NCBI GenBank assembly: GCA_963721455.1
Contig: CAVRJG010000033.1
Span: 64,001 to 128,000 of the forward strand
Direction of reading: 5' to 3'
Origin: an uncultured Methanosarcinaceae archaeon
Lineage (GTDB): Archaea > Halobacteriota > Methanosarcinia > Methanosarcinales > Methanosarcinaceae
DNA: 64,000 nt
Positions 1-10,342 of the stretch are shown here, piece after piece. The notes below the pieces were generated by a model. That model was not told the origin of the DNA. It saw only the letters and a program-made list of their open reading frames with translations, and did not search any database. A program made the position numbers and the translations under genes. Positions within the stretch are counted from its first letter, which is position 1, and each line of letters begins with the position of its first letter.

Positions 1-275
1 TCTGGCATTTTTATATCTCCTTTTTTAGCCTATTTTTAGCCTAATTTTTTTCAGCAGAGCCCGCCGTAAACCAGGAGAGTTAAGAGCGACATACAGCTGG
101 AAAGAAATGTCAATTCCCGGAACTGAATGCTCGAAGATAAACATTTACATATTAGCAGGTATTTTTAAAGAGCAATTTAGCTGGAACTGCGTTTATATCT
201 TTAATTATGTCCAGCAAGAGAAAGCTGTCTGCCTGAGGCATTTCCCCAGAAGATCGGCAGCCCATGAGGGACTTT

Positions 276-1752
276 ATGAATACCAAACTTGACCCGTGGA
301 GTTCAAGCGAGATTAATGACTATTCCAAGTTATTCGAAGAATTCGGGATTTCTCCTTTTGATAATTTGCTTCCTGAAATCCCCTCCCCGCATATGTACAT
401 GCGGAGAAGAGTTATCTTCGGGCACCGTGATTACGAACAGATTGCAGAGGCCATGCGGACAGGTGCCCCTTTTTCGGTCATGGACGGATTTATGCCCTCC
501 GGGAAGGTTCACCTTGGGCACAAGATGGTTATGGACCAGATAATCTGGCACCAGCAAATGGGAGCGTCGGCTTTTGTTGGAATTGCGGACAGGGAGGCGT
601 TCTCGGTACGCGGCTTTTCCTGGCAGAAATGCAGGGAAATTGGGATAGAAGAATACATATTAAGCCTTATTGCTCTCGGTTTCAAGCCAGATGGCCTTAT
701 TTACTTCCAGTCAGGCTGTGAAAACGTCAAGGACCTGGCATTTGAACTCGGGGCCAGGGTCAATTTCTCAGAACTGAGCGCCATCTATGGTTTTTCAGGA
801 GAGACAAACCTCTCCCACATGATCAGTGTGGCAACCCAGGCTGCAGATATCCTCCAGCCCCAGCTCCAGAAATTCGGAGGGCCAAAGCCGGTTGTTGTCC
901 CTGTAGGGCCTGACCAGGACCCTCACCTGCGGCTGACGCGGGGGCTTGCAGGCAAGATGAGTATGTTCAGGGTAGAGGAAAGAGAAAATGCAAATGGCTG
1001 GAAATACCTGAGCGTTCGCGGCAAAGGAGCTCCGAAGGAAGCTTTACAAGAGCTTAAAAAACGTATTCCTGGTAAGGTAAAACTCTATGAAGAGCACCTG
1101 GACTTAATCGAGACTCCGGATTATCCATTCCTGGAAAGACTTGTGTTTGCAAATAAACCAGCCTGAAAAAAAGAAATACTTTACGACCGAGATTGAAGGG
1201 GGCTCCAAATTTGCCAATGAACTTAAACCACCTGAATTCTCCGAGTATGAAGAATATTTTGTTTTCAGAAAGATCTGGAAACTTACCAGGAAAATATTAG
1301 AGGAAATTGTGGCGGAAGTGACCGCTGAATTCGGAGGCTACGCTTTCATCCCTCCTGCATCTACCTATCACCGCTTTATGAGCGGGTTGCAGGGAGGAAA
1401 AATGTCGAGCAGCGTCCCTGACAGTTATATCGCTCTCACTGACGACCCGAAGGAAGGCGCAAAAAAGGTAAAGAGAGCAAAGACCGGGGGCTGTGTGACC
1501 CTGGAAGAACAGAAAAAACTGGGCGGAAAACCCGATGAATGTTCAGTCTTCGAACTGATGCTTTTCCACCTGCTTGGAGACGATGAGGAATTACTGGAAA
1601 TCAGGCAGGAATGCGTATCAGGAACCAGAATGTGCGGCTCATGCAAGCAGCTTGCAGCCGAAAAGATGTACGAGTTCCTTAAAGACCATCAGGAGAAGCG
1701 GGAACTTGCAAGGGAAAATCTCGATGAATATCAAATAATTTGCAAAAAGTAA
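276..1752 (+). CDS. trpS: Tryptophan--tRNA ligase, split by an apparent +1 frameshift near 1146-1148
   Basis: ORF 264..1166 has HIGH-like [12 protein letters not shown] and [12 protein letters not shown] 1141..1752 has KMSSS and the C-terminal CGSCK. Removing one T from GTGTTTGC joins them ([14 protein letters not shown]). Confidence 0.92.
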
Positions 1753-1826
1753 ATTTTGCAAAAAGTAAATCATCATAAACTTATCAGACTCTTAATATTT
1801 TCAGGAATATCAGGATGTGATCACGT

Positions 1827-3305
1827 ATGAGTATTCAGGACAATCTCACAATAAACGAGAAAAAAGTCTTGCTTGCCCTTGAGGAACTGGGGTCTGCAGC
1901 CCCCGAAAGACTGGAAGAGAAGTCAGGTCTGCAGGTAGATGCGGCAATGCAGGCGGCTTTCATGCTTGCGGAAAAGGGGCTGGCAACAGTTTCCGAAAAG
2001 GTGCTCGAACGTTATTCTCTTACAAAGGAAGGGGAAGAGTACACAAAAAGCGGGCTTCCAGAGCGCCAGATCATTGACGCCCTGAAAGCGCCGACTTCAG
2101 TTGAAGAGCTGAGGAGCCGTTTCTCTCCGCAGATGGTAGGAATTGCAACCGGCTGGCTCGTAAAAAAAGGATGGGCAAAGGTTGAAAACGGAGTAATGGT
2201 GCCTTCTGGAAAAGCGCATGCAGGAAAAGATGAGGAAGCCCTTGCAGCTTTCACAGGCAAAGCAAAAAGCCTGGAAGCCCTTGCAGCCGACGAAGGGGCA
2301 GTAAAAGACCTTCTCAAGCGCAAACTTGTCGTAAGGCACGAAGAAAAAATCAGGACTGTTTTCATAACTGATGCAGGAAATGCGCTTGCAGCTCAGGGGA
2401 TTGTCCTTGAAGAGGAAATTGCCCAGATCACATCCGATTTACTGAAGAGCGGGGCCTGGAAAGAAAAAAAATTCAGGCCTTACCGCCTCGATATCACTCC
2501 TAAGCCCCTTTATGGGGCCAAGATCCATCCTTACAGGCGCCTGATAGAGCAGATGCGCCAGATCTTCCTGGAAATGGGCTTTACCGAGATTAAAGGAGGC
2601 ATAATCCAGAGTTCTTTCTGGAACTTCGATGCCCTTTTCCAGCCTCAGGACCACCCTGCAAGGGATATGCAGGACACTTTCCACCTGGGAAGTACCTGCC
2701 AGCTCCCTGCTGAATATCCAGAAAAGGTAGCTGCAATGCATGAGTGCGGAGGAGATATTGATTCCTGTGGCTGGGGCGGGATCTGGGATAGGGAACTTGC
2801 AGGGCGCAATGTGTTGAGAACCCATACAACCGCAGTCACTATAAAGTACCTGGCAGACAATCCCAAACCACCAGTAAAAGCCTTCTGCATTGACAGGGCT
2901 TACCGCAGGGAAACAATTGACCCTACTCATACCCCTGAATTCGAGCAGCTTGAAGGAGTTGTAATGGATAAAGACATGTCCTTTGCAGACCTGCTCGGAT
3001 TACTGGCAGAGTTCTACCACAGGATGGGATTCGAAGAAATCCGCTTCCGCCCTGGCTATTTCCCATACACCGAACCGAGCGTGGAACCCGAAGTTTATGT
3101 TGACGGCCTCGGCTGGGTTGAGCTTGGAGGCGCAGGCGTTTTCAGAAAAGAAGTTACAGAACCTTTCGGGATCAAGGAGCCCGTTCTTGCCTGGGGGTTA
3201 GGAGTCAGCCGGCTTGCCATGCTGAAACTGGGGCTTAAAGACCTGAGGGTCCTTTACCAGTCCGATATCGACTGGCTCAGAAAGAGCGAGGTTTGCAGGA
3301 TCTGA
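1827..3305 (+). CDS. pheS: Phenylalanine--tRNA ligase alpha subunit
   Basis: Motifs [36 protein letters not shown] and [10 protein letters not shown], with the long archaeal N-terminus. Confidence 0.97.
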   Translation: MSIQDNLTINEKKVLLALEELGSAAPERLEEKSGLQVDAAMQAAFMLAEKGLATVSEKVLERYSLTKEGEEYTKSGLPERQIIDALKAPTSVEELRSRFSPQMVGIATGWLVKKGWAKVENGVMVPSGKAHAGKDEEALAAFTGKAKSLEALAADEGAVKDLLKRKLVVRHEEKIRTVFITDAGNALAAQGIVLEEEIAQITSDLLKSGAWKEKKFRPYRLDITPKPLYGAKIHPYRRLIEQMRQIFLEMGFTEIKGGIIQSSFWNFDALFQPQDHPARDMQDTFHLGSTCQLPAEYPEKVAAMHECGGDIDSCGWGGIWDRELAGRNVLRTHTTAVTIKYLADNPKPPVKAFCIDRAYRRETIDPTHTPEFEQLEGVVMDKDMSFADLLGLLAEFYHRMGFEEIRFRPGYFPYTEPSVEPEVYVDGLGWVELGGAGVFRKEVTEPFGIKEPVLAWGLGVSRLAMLKLGLKDLRVLYQSDIDWLRKSEVCRI

Positions 3306-3323
3306 GAGCTGAATTCCGGCTCG

Positions 3324-3356
3324 TAACCTGACACTGTCAGGTTAAAACTTTTATTT
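3324..3356 (+). terminator. Inverted repeat plus T-rich tract after pheS
   Basis: TAACCTGACA-C-TGTCAGGTTA followed by AAACTTTTATTT. Confidence 0.5.
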
Positions 3357-3543
3357 ATCACCTCAAATAAGAAGCAATAACCGTCATAGTTATAAAAACT
3401 AAATGGGGAGAAGCATTTACTTTACTGCACTTTAGTTTCTAAGTATATATTCTTTAGTAAATATATAGTTACATAATATATTAATTTAATAAAATCGAGC
3501 ATGAATACATTGCCTCAGTAACCAGATTAAATAGGGGGAAATA

Positions 3544-3867
3544 ATGGAAGGTAGTTCGTCAGACTCTATGACTGCACCTAAAGAGTTGCAGAGTGTCACA
3601 GAGCACCATAAAGCATCCAAACCGTCAGAAGCAGCTGCGAATATTGGCGTAGCGATCAAGTACTGGCTTGAACTGAAGCCCTATCCTCCAGGCAGTGCGA
3701 GAAGTTTATGGCTTTTTGTGAATGATGATTGGAGGCATCTGGACGACCCGGATCCTGGCACTCAAATATCTGTGCAACAAGCCTTTTGTGAATGCTCTCA
3801 ACGCTTAGAGGTTCTGGTCTGGTACTCCGGAGATGCAATTGAAGGGCTGGTAGTAAAAACGAAGTAA
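3544..3867 (+). CDS. Hypothetical protein, 107 aa
   Basis: ATG preceded by an AGGGGGA RBS and an AT-rich promoter region. No motif recognised. Confidence 0.7.
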   Translation: MEGSSSDSMTAPKELQSVTEHHKASKPSEAAANIGVAIKYWLELKPYPPGSARSLWLFVNDDWRHLDDPDPGTQISVQQAFCECSQRLEVLVWYSGDAIEGLVVKTK

Positions 3868-4168
3868 TCGGACTCTATCCGTAATCTTTTTACTTTTCTT
3901 TTTACTTTACGGGTAATTCGATAGGCTGGCTAACAAATCTAACCTCAAATCAAACCCTCCTGCGCCAGACCGCAGGCAACTTTCCTTTTATCTCACTTTT
4001 ACCTTCTCATGACAGCTTTTTTCATGCATATGACGGATTTAGCAGGGCTTTTTGCATGCCCATATCCGAAAACAAAATGGGAAAAATACCATTAAATAAC
4101 CGCGAATCCTAATTTCTAGCACAAAAATGTCGGAAAAGAAAAGAGAATAACCGGAATAGAAGTGGACT

Positions 4169-4519
4169 ATGAACAGAAACAGGTACTGGAAAGTCACGGA
4201 AAGAGATTGGTACGGAACGGCTCTGGCACTCCTCGCATTCGTTGCAGTAATTGTCATATTATCGGTTTTCCTGCTTCCAGGCTACTGGTATCTCTGGCTC
4301 CTGGTCATTGGAGGGGGCGTTGCCCTGCTTGCGGAATGGCATGCTAAAAACTTTGCCTATCGCTGCCCTGCATGCGGCGAAGTTTTCGAAGTTTCAACTC
4401 TGGAGGATTTCCTTGGCCCTGATGTCGTAAATAAGAAGTACCTGAAATGTCCGAAGTGTGGGAAACGAGCCTGGACTGATATTCTGAAAATTAAAGAACA
4501 AACTGTCATCAAGAAGTAA
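4169..4519 (+). CDS. Membrane protein with C-terminal zinc ribbon
   Basis: Two hydrophobic helices followed by CPACG and CPKCG knuckles. Confidence 0.8.
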   Translation: MNRNRYWKVTERDWYGTALALLAFVAVIVILSVFLLPGYWYLWLLVIGGGVALLAEWHAKNFAYRCPACGEVFEVSTLEDFLGPDVVNKKYLKCPKCGKRAWTDILKIKEQTVIKK

Positions 4520-4617
4520 ACCTTTATCTGAAAGCCGAAGATGCCGGTTGTGGAAAAGGGAGAGGGAAACCTGAATATCTACAGGAAAAAGCTTCAGGGA
4601 ATAGATCTTGAGGAAAC

Positions 4618-5964
4618 ATGAAGAAAGATCAGGAAAGCGAAAATCCGAGAAATAGTCCCGATCTTCATGCAGGAGAAAGTATTTCCCTCCTTCCTCTCCT
4701 TGCTGTCAACTTCATAGGAACCCTCGGATTCAGTATTGTGCTCCCATTCCTGGTGTTTCTGGTGAACCGGCTGGGAGGCAATGCCTTCGTCTACGGGCTT
4801 GCAAGTTCCATGTATCCGGCCTTTCAGCTTATAGGTGCCCCGATTCTGGGCAGGTGGTCTGACATTTACGGGCGTAAGAAAATCCTGTTTTTAAGCCAGT
4901 TAGGGACCCTGCTCTCATGGATTATCTTTCTTGGGGCTCTTTTTCTTCCGGTCGTAACCCTCTTTAAAGTCGATTCGAAAATCCTGGGAGTTTTTGCCTT
5001 TACCCTGCCCCTGGCAGTGCTCTTTTTTGCCAGGGCTTTTGACGGGCTGACCGGAGGAAACGTGTCTGTAGCCAATGCCTATCTGGCGGACATTACCGCA
5101 GAAAGGGATAGGAACCGGAACTTCGGAAAGATGTCGATTTCCTCAAATCTCGGGTTTATAGTTGGCCCTGCCCTTGCCGGGATTTTGAGTGTAACACAGT
5201 ATGGAGACGCAGCTCCTGTGCTGGGCGCAATAATAATTTCGCTTATCGGAACCTTACTTATTATATATTATATCCCGGAAAACAAAGAGTGCTCTCTTGA
5301 AGAGCCTGCCGATACAGATAATGTACGAAAAAACTTTGCCTACGAGCTAAAGGAATGCAGAACCACACGGGAAACAAGAAAACCTACCTTCAGGGAAGTT
5401 TCAAAACTTCCTAATATTCCCTATATGCTCGGCCTCTATTTTTTGATCTTTCTTGGTTTCAACATCTTCTACACTGCTTTTCCACTGCACGCAATAGCAG
5501 TCCTGGACTGGAACATTGCACAGATGGGAGTCTACTTTACGGTTCTGAGCGCACTGCTGATAATCGTGCAGGGCACCGTGCTTCCGAAGGCTTCGAGAAG
5601 GTATTCGGATGCAACTCTTATAATCTTTGGAAGCTTGATGCTTGGTACGAACTTTTTACTGCTGATCCCTGGAAACCTCTTCCTGACCTACCTTGCAACA
5701 GGATTTTTCGCACTTGGAGACGGGCTTATGTGGCCTTCCTTCCTCTCTCTTTTATCAAAAATTGTAGGGAGTGAATACCAGGGTACGGTGCAGGGGTTTG
5801 CCAGCAGTTTCGGGGGCCTTGCCAGTATTGCAGGACTGATCCTTGGCGGTCTTTTATATGAAATGCTTGCAGGAAATGCTTTTTTGATTGCAGGCCTGGT
5901 AATCTACATCGTTTTTTTGCTAAATTTCAGGCTCAGGCTTTTTGAGAAAGAACTAAAACACTGA
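4618..5964 (+). CDS. MFS transporter (TetA/DHA1-like)
   Basis: About 12 TM segments; motif A GRWSDIYGRK and motif C GFIVGPALAG. Confidence 0.92.
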   Translation: MKKDQESENPRNSPDLHAGESISLLPLLAVNFIGTLGFSIVLPFLVFLVNRLGGNAFVYGLASSMYPAFQLIGAPILGRWSDIYGRKKILFLSQLGTLLSWIIFLGALFLPVVTLFKVDSKILGVFAFTLPLAVLFFARAFDGLTGGNVSVANAYLADITAERDRNRNFGKMSISSNLGFIVGPALAGILSVTQYGDAAPVLGAIIISLIGTLLIIYYIPENKECSLEEPADTDNVRKNFAYELKECRTTRETRKPTFREVSKLPNIPYMLGLYFLIFLGFNIFYTAFPLHAIAVLDWNIAQMGVYFTVLSALLIIVQGTVLPKASRRYSDATLIIFGSLMLGTNFLLLIPGNLFLTYLATGFFALGDGLMWPSFLSLLSKIVGSEYQGTVQGFASSFGGLASIAGLILGGLLYEMLAGNAFLIAGLVIYIVFLLNFRLRLFEKELKH

Positions 5965-6082
5965 ATCAGGAAAGCGAATCATATCGTTGTCAAGTGTCCA
6001 TTACATAATAAAAAGACAGGAAGAATAAAGGCTTCCTGAACCCATTCAAGGAAATTTATCCTCAAGTTTAAGGTTTTTCAGC

Positions 6083-6190
6083 TTATTTTTTACCCTTCCT
6101 TCCTATAAGTCTTGAAATAAATCGAATTCCTGCAACAGCCAGTGCGGCTAAAGCAAGTATCTTTTCCAGTTTGCGAATCATTCTCAGCAT
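6083..6190 (-). CDS. Unannotated 35-aa cationic/hydrophobic small protein MLRMIRKLEKILALAALAVAGIRFISRLIGRKGKK
   Basis: ATG at 6190 lies 4 nt after the corrected copB stop, with GGGGTGA as RBS; TAA at 6083-6085. Confidence 0.55.
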   Translation of the reverse strand: MLRMIRKLEKILALAALAVAGIRFISRLIGRKGKK

Positions 6191-6194
6191 CAAA

Positions 6195-8556
6195 TCACCC
6201 CATCTTTAATGTTCTTGCATTTATAGCTACAATCACGGTACTCAGGCTCATAAGAACTGCACCCATAGCAGGACTCAGTAAGATTCCGTATCCATAGAGC
6301 ACCCCTGCTGCAAGAGGGATTGCAAAAACGTTGTACCCGGTTGCCCAGAGAAGGTTCTGATACATCTTGGAGTAAGTCCTTCTGGAAAGCCCGATAATAT
6401 TCAGAACGTCTCTCAGGATCGTTTTTAACCAGCACTATATCAGCAGTTTCGATTGCAACATCCGTACCTGCACCGATAGCTATCCCGACATCAGCCTGGG
6501 CAAGTGCAGGTGCATCATTAACTCCGTCCCCGACCATGCCTGTGATGTACTGCTTCTGGACTTCTTTGACCTTTTCTGCCTTTTCATGAGGAAGAACTTC
6601 TGCGAAGTAATCGTCAAGCTCCAGCTCTCTGGCTACCCAGGCAGCCACATAACGATTATCCCCTGTGAGCATGAGGCATTTTATTCCCATGCCTTTGAGC
6701 TTCGAGATTGCTTCCCTGGACTCCTTCCGGATAATATCGGCAAGGGCAAGGGCTCCAAGTACTTTCTCTCCCTCAAGCAGGAACACAACGGTTTTTCCCT
6801 GTTCTTTAATTTCTTCAATTTTTTCATCTTTGAGAGTAATTCCCTTTTCTTCAAGATAACCCGGACTCACGACAAGAAACTTTTTTCCTTCAACCAGGCC
6901 CTGTACACCCTTTCCGGGAATTGAACTGAATTCTTCCACTGGTCGGGTCTCCAGTCCTTTTTCCCGCGCACTTTCCAGAATGCCTGTTGCAATAGGATGT
7001 TCAGAACTGGCTTCCAGGGAAGCTGCCAGGCTCAGGATTGTTTTATTTTCCTCTCCGGTTCCGATTTCCTCTCCTGAAAGAGAGACTATATCCGTGACTC
7101 CGAACCGTCCTTCCGTGAGTGTGCCTGTTTTGTCAAAAATGAGAGCCTGAAGGTTGCGTGCTCTCTCAAATGCCTGCCTGTCCCTGATAAGAAGCCCGGA
7201 TTTTGCGGCAATGGAAGTTGAAACTGCAACAACAAGCGGGATTGCAAGCCCAAGGGCATGCGGACAGGTAATAACCATTACAGTAACTGCCCTTTCCAGG
7301 GCAAAGACAAGCTGCTGGCCGAAGAAAATCCAGAGGACAAAAGTGAGAGTTCCGACAGTAAGGGCTATGACCGTAAGGTACATTGCAGCCCTGTTTGCCA
7401 GATCCTGGGTTTTTGACTTGCTTTCCTGGGCAGTCCTGACGAGTTCGACAACCTGGCTGAGATAGGTATCCTTCCCGGTTTTTTCTACCTTCACAACAAA
7501 AGCTGCCTCTCCGTTAATTGAACCGCCGATAACTTCATTTCCCGGTTTTTTCGTGACAGGCTTCGACTCTCCTGTGAGCATTGATTCGTTGACGCTGCTC
7601 GTTCCGTCGACAACAGTCCCGTCAACAGGCACCTTTTCCCCTGGCTTGATCAGAACCTTATCCCCGATTTTTAGCTGGTCAACATTTACGTCAACAGTTT
7701 CTCCGTCTTTTTTCAGGTGAGCAACCGACGGCATGATCTTTACGAGTTCCTCAAGAGCTCTTGAAGCTCCCATTACGGAACGCATCTCCAGCCAGTGCCC
7801 GAGCAGCATTACATCGATAAGGGTCACGAGTTCCCAGAAGAACACCCCTCCGGGAAGCCCGAAAACTACAGCAGAGCTGTAAAAATAAGCCACACTGATA
7901 GCAACCGCTATCAGAGTCATCATTCCAGGCGATTTTTCAGCAAGCTCTTCTTTTATCCCCTTAAGAAAAGGATAACCGCCGTAGAAATAAACGGCAGAGG
8001 ACAGCAAAAAGGTGACGAAATCCGCGCCCTGAAAACGGAGTTCAAATCCAAAAAAATCCTGGATCGTAGGGGAGAGCAGCAAAACCGGGAAGGTCAGTAT
8101 AAAAGAAACAATGAATCTTTTCCTGAAATCTGCGAGCATGTGGGTATGATGATTGCCGTGATCTTTCCCGCCTGAAGGTTCATGACCCTGATGCTGCATT
8201 CCCTCATGCTTTTCATGACCCTCATGTTTCATTTCTTCATGCTGCTCGTGTTTCATTTCCTCATGCGGCTCTTGATTTTGAGGATTCATTTCTTCGTGCT
8301 GCCCATGATCCTGCTGTTCTCCTTCTCCGTGCTGCTCATGATGGGACTTCTCTCCGGAATCCTGTTCAGGATCTTCCGCATGACCTTCATGCAGCATATC
8401 TCTGGCAGACTTATCCCTACTCATTTCGTGCGATTCATGGGAGTTTCCGGACATTTCCCTTCCGGAATTATGGTTTTTATCGTGAAAGGAAGGCTCATCT
8501 ACTTGAATTTTAGAACTATCAGTACCCATCCCCTTCTCTCCAGCCTGCATATCCAC
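6195..8556 (-). CDS. copB: Copper-translocating P1B-type ATPase (CopB type, His-rich N-terminus), apparent frameshift near 6412
   Basis: TGES, CPH, DKTGT, SEHP and GDGVNDAP motifs. After NDP the conserved tail ([28 protein letters not shown]...[12 protein letters not shown]) continues in another frame to TGA at 6195-6197. Confidence 0.9.
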
Positions 8557-8970
8557 ATACCTATGATTTTAATTTTATTAGATATATTATAATTTCAATA
8601 TTATTTGAAAATAAAAGAATCAAATATCCTGATCCGAAAAAAATAAATTCTTTTTTAAAGCAAGAGAGTAGTCTCAAAGCCTATTCAGTTAATTCACATG
8701 GATAGAGTACATCAGAAAGATGGATGCAGTAAATCCGAAAAGCGAATACTTTTGCGACGCTATTGAGATCTATCGGTTCATTCATCACAGAAAAACTCAA
8801 ATCAGGCGTTTTATGACCAGATAATTCAAAGAATTAACATTGAAAGGATAAAAATGAGAAAGTCTGAAAAAAATATTTATAAACAAACGCAGAGAAAGGA
8901 TGCCGAAACTAAGCTACTTTAAGCCATTTTAAAAGGGAATAAACGAAAATATATGCATTTGATAAGATAT

Positions 8971-9126
8971 TTAACTGCTCTGTGCTTTCCGGATATCACG
9001 AAGCACAGCAAGGATCAAAATAAAGAACATTATGATGCAAAAGATCCCGATGAAAATAGCATCCCTAAAGGCTATGTCCAGAGGAATATTACTGATAGAT
9101 CCATAATCAGGAGGTAAGTAAGTCAC
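8971..9126 (-). CDS. Unannotated 51-aa single-pass membrane protein (GTG start)
   Basis: MTYLPPDYGSISNIPLDIAFRDAIFIGIFCIIMFFILILAVLRDIRKAQSS: one clean TM helix with a basic tail. Confidence 0.5.
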   Translation of the reverse strand: MTYLPPDYGSISNIPLDIAFRDAIFIGIFCIIMFFILILAVLRDIRKAQSS

Positions 9127-9276
9127 ACTTTAATCTATGTAACCAAATATAATAAACTTATCTAATAGTCTCATACAGGAAAAAGAAGGTACTAAGGTAT
9201 ATCAAGATTCAAAAACGCATATGATATGCAGAAACCGAAATCCATGCATGAGGTATTTCTTCTAGAAACTCTATGA

Positions 9277-9453
9277 CACCGGTTTCCACTTTATGATCGG
9301 CTGCATACTAAGGATGAGCAGATAGAAAAGCTAAATAAGGATATGAATAAGCAGGCAGTCCACATTCAAACGCTGATCCGGGAGAACAGCAGGTTAAATC
9401 TCGCGCTTCTTCCGGAGAATACGGAAAGTAAGCCCTGGTGGAAGTTCCGGTAA
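9277..9453 (+). pseudogene. Probable C-terminal fragment of a coiled-coil protein ending KPWWKFR
   Basis: Frame reads KDEQIEKLNKDMNKQAVHIQTLIRENSRLNLALLPENTESKPWWKFR*, bounded upstream by an in-frame TGA; the only ATG is internal. Confidence 0.5.
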
Positions 9454-9484
9454 TAAGAATAAAAGTTAATTGTTAATGGATGCC

Positions 9485-9826
9485 TTATTTGTTTTTATCA
9501 CTATCGTAAAATACGATTTTAACTTTTTCTTCCGTAATCAATCCCTGATTAATTATCTCGTCTAACTTTGGTCTAATTTTATCAATATTCTCTTCAAGAT
9601 CAGCGACTTCAATAAGTATTGGCAAATCAGTTGATAAGCGTAGTATAGAAGTTGTATGAATAAAGCTGTGTTTTCCGAAACCTGTTATGCCCCTGAAAAC
9701 GGTTGCTCCGGCTATACCTTCCGCCTTTAGCATTTCAACAATATGCATATATAATGGCTTGCCTTTGTACCGATCGGACTCTCCTATAAATATTCTCAGT
9801 AATATGGCTGTAGACTCCCTTTTCAT
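9485..9826 (-). CDS. DUF190 (PII-like) protein
   Basis: LLRIFIGESD...GIAGATVFRGITGFG...LSTDLP signature; typical crcB neighbour; GAGGGGAG RBS before the ATG at 9826. Confidence 0.9.
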   Translation of the reverse strand: MKRESTAILLRIFIGESDRYKGKPLYMHIVEMLKAEGIAGATVFRGITGFGKHSFIHTTSILRLSTDLPILIEVADLEENIDKIRPKLDEIINQGLITEEKVKIVFYDSDKNK

Positions 9827-9866
9827 TTGACTCCCCTCAATAGCTCTCATTTGATCCGTTTTCATC

Positions 9867-10259
9867 TCATCCCCTCAATAGATAAGTGCTGAAGCTCAGA
9901 GCTACAATCTTACCTGAGTATACAGCCAGCATGGACAATAATACTGTCGATACTAAATTTATCGCCAATAGTGTTAATTTTGAGTCATCAAGTAATCTGA
10001 AGGATTCATAACCAAATGTTGATAATGTTGTAAAAGCTCCTATTACGCCAATTGTCAGAAATATCCTGGTTTCCTCATTAAAGAAACCCTGGTATTCAGA
10101 AAGGTACATTATTAAGCCCAGAAAGAAACTGCCAATAGTGTTTATGATTAGTGTACCTACCGGGAAATTAACAAAGCCGTTCTGTATCCATCCACCTAAT
10201 GTATATCTCAGGATAGCACCTATAAAGCCGCCTATACCTACCAATAAAATAGTATACAC
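9867..10259 (-). CDS. crcB: Fluoride channel CrcB/Fluc
   Basis: GGFIGAILRY, GTLIINTIGSF and GAFTTLSTF motifs; 4 TM. Confidence 0.95.
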   Translation of the reverse strand: MYTILLVGIGGFIGAILRYTLGGWIQNGFVNFPVGTLIINTIGSFFLGLIMYLSEYQGFFNEETRIFLTIGVIGAFTTLSTFGYESFRLLDDSKLTLLAINLVSTVLLSMLAVYSGKIVALSFSTYLLRG

Positions 10260-10278
10260 ATTAAAACCTCAATAATTA

Positions 10279-10342
10279 ATGTAGAAGTCATCAGCGTAAG
10301 CGGTTTAGACTGAAGAGTCCAGGCGGACTTCATCACCTATAG
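10279..10342 (-). ncRNA. Fluoride (crcB) riboswitch
   Basis: Minus strand reads AGGTGATGAAGTCCGCCT-GGACTCTTCAGTCT-AAACCGCTTACGCTGATGACTTCTAC, matching the GGnGAUGnnGUyCrCC...AAAC...GCURAUGACnyCUAC pattern, about 20 nt upstream of crcB. Confidence 0.9.

Noticed and set aside
221-262. Hairpin in the trpS leader as a T-box or attenuator
   Set aside because: No T-box motif or Trp-rich leader peptide is visible, and the pairing is modest.
8182-8592. Met/Leu/Phe-rich 136-aa ORF
   Set aside because: Antisense shadow of the His/Glu-rich copB N-terminus.
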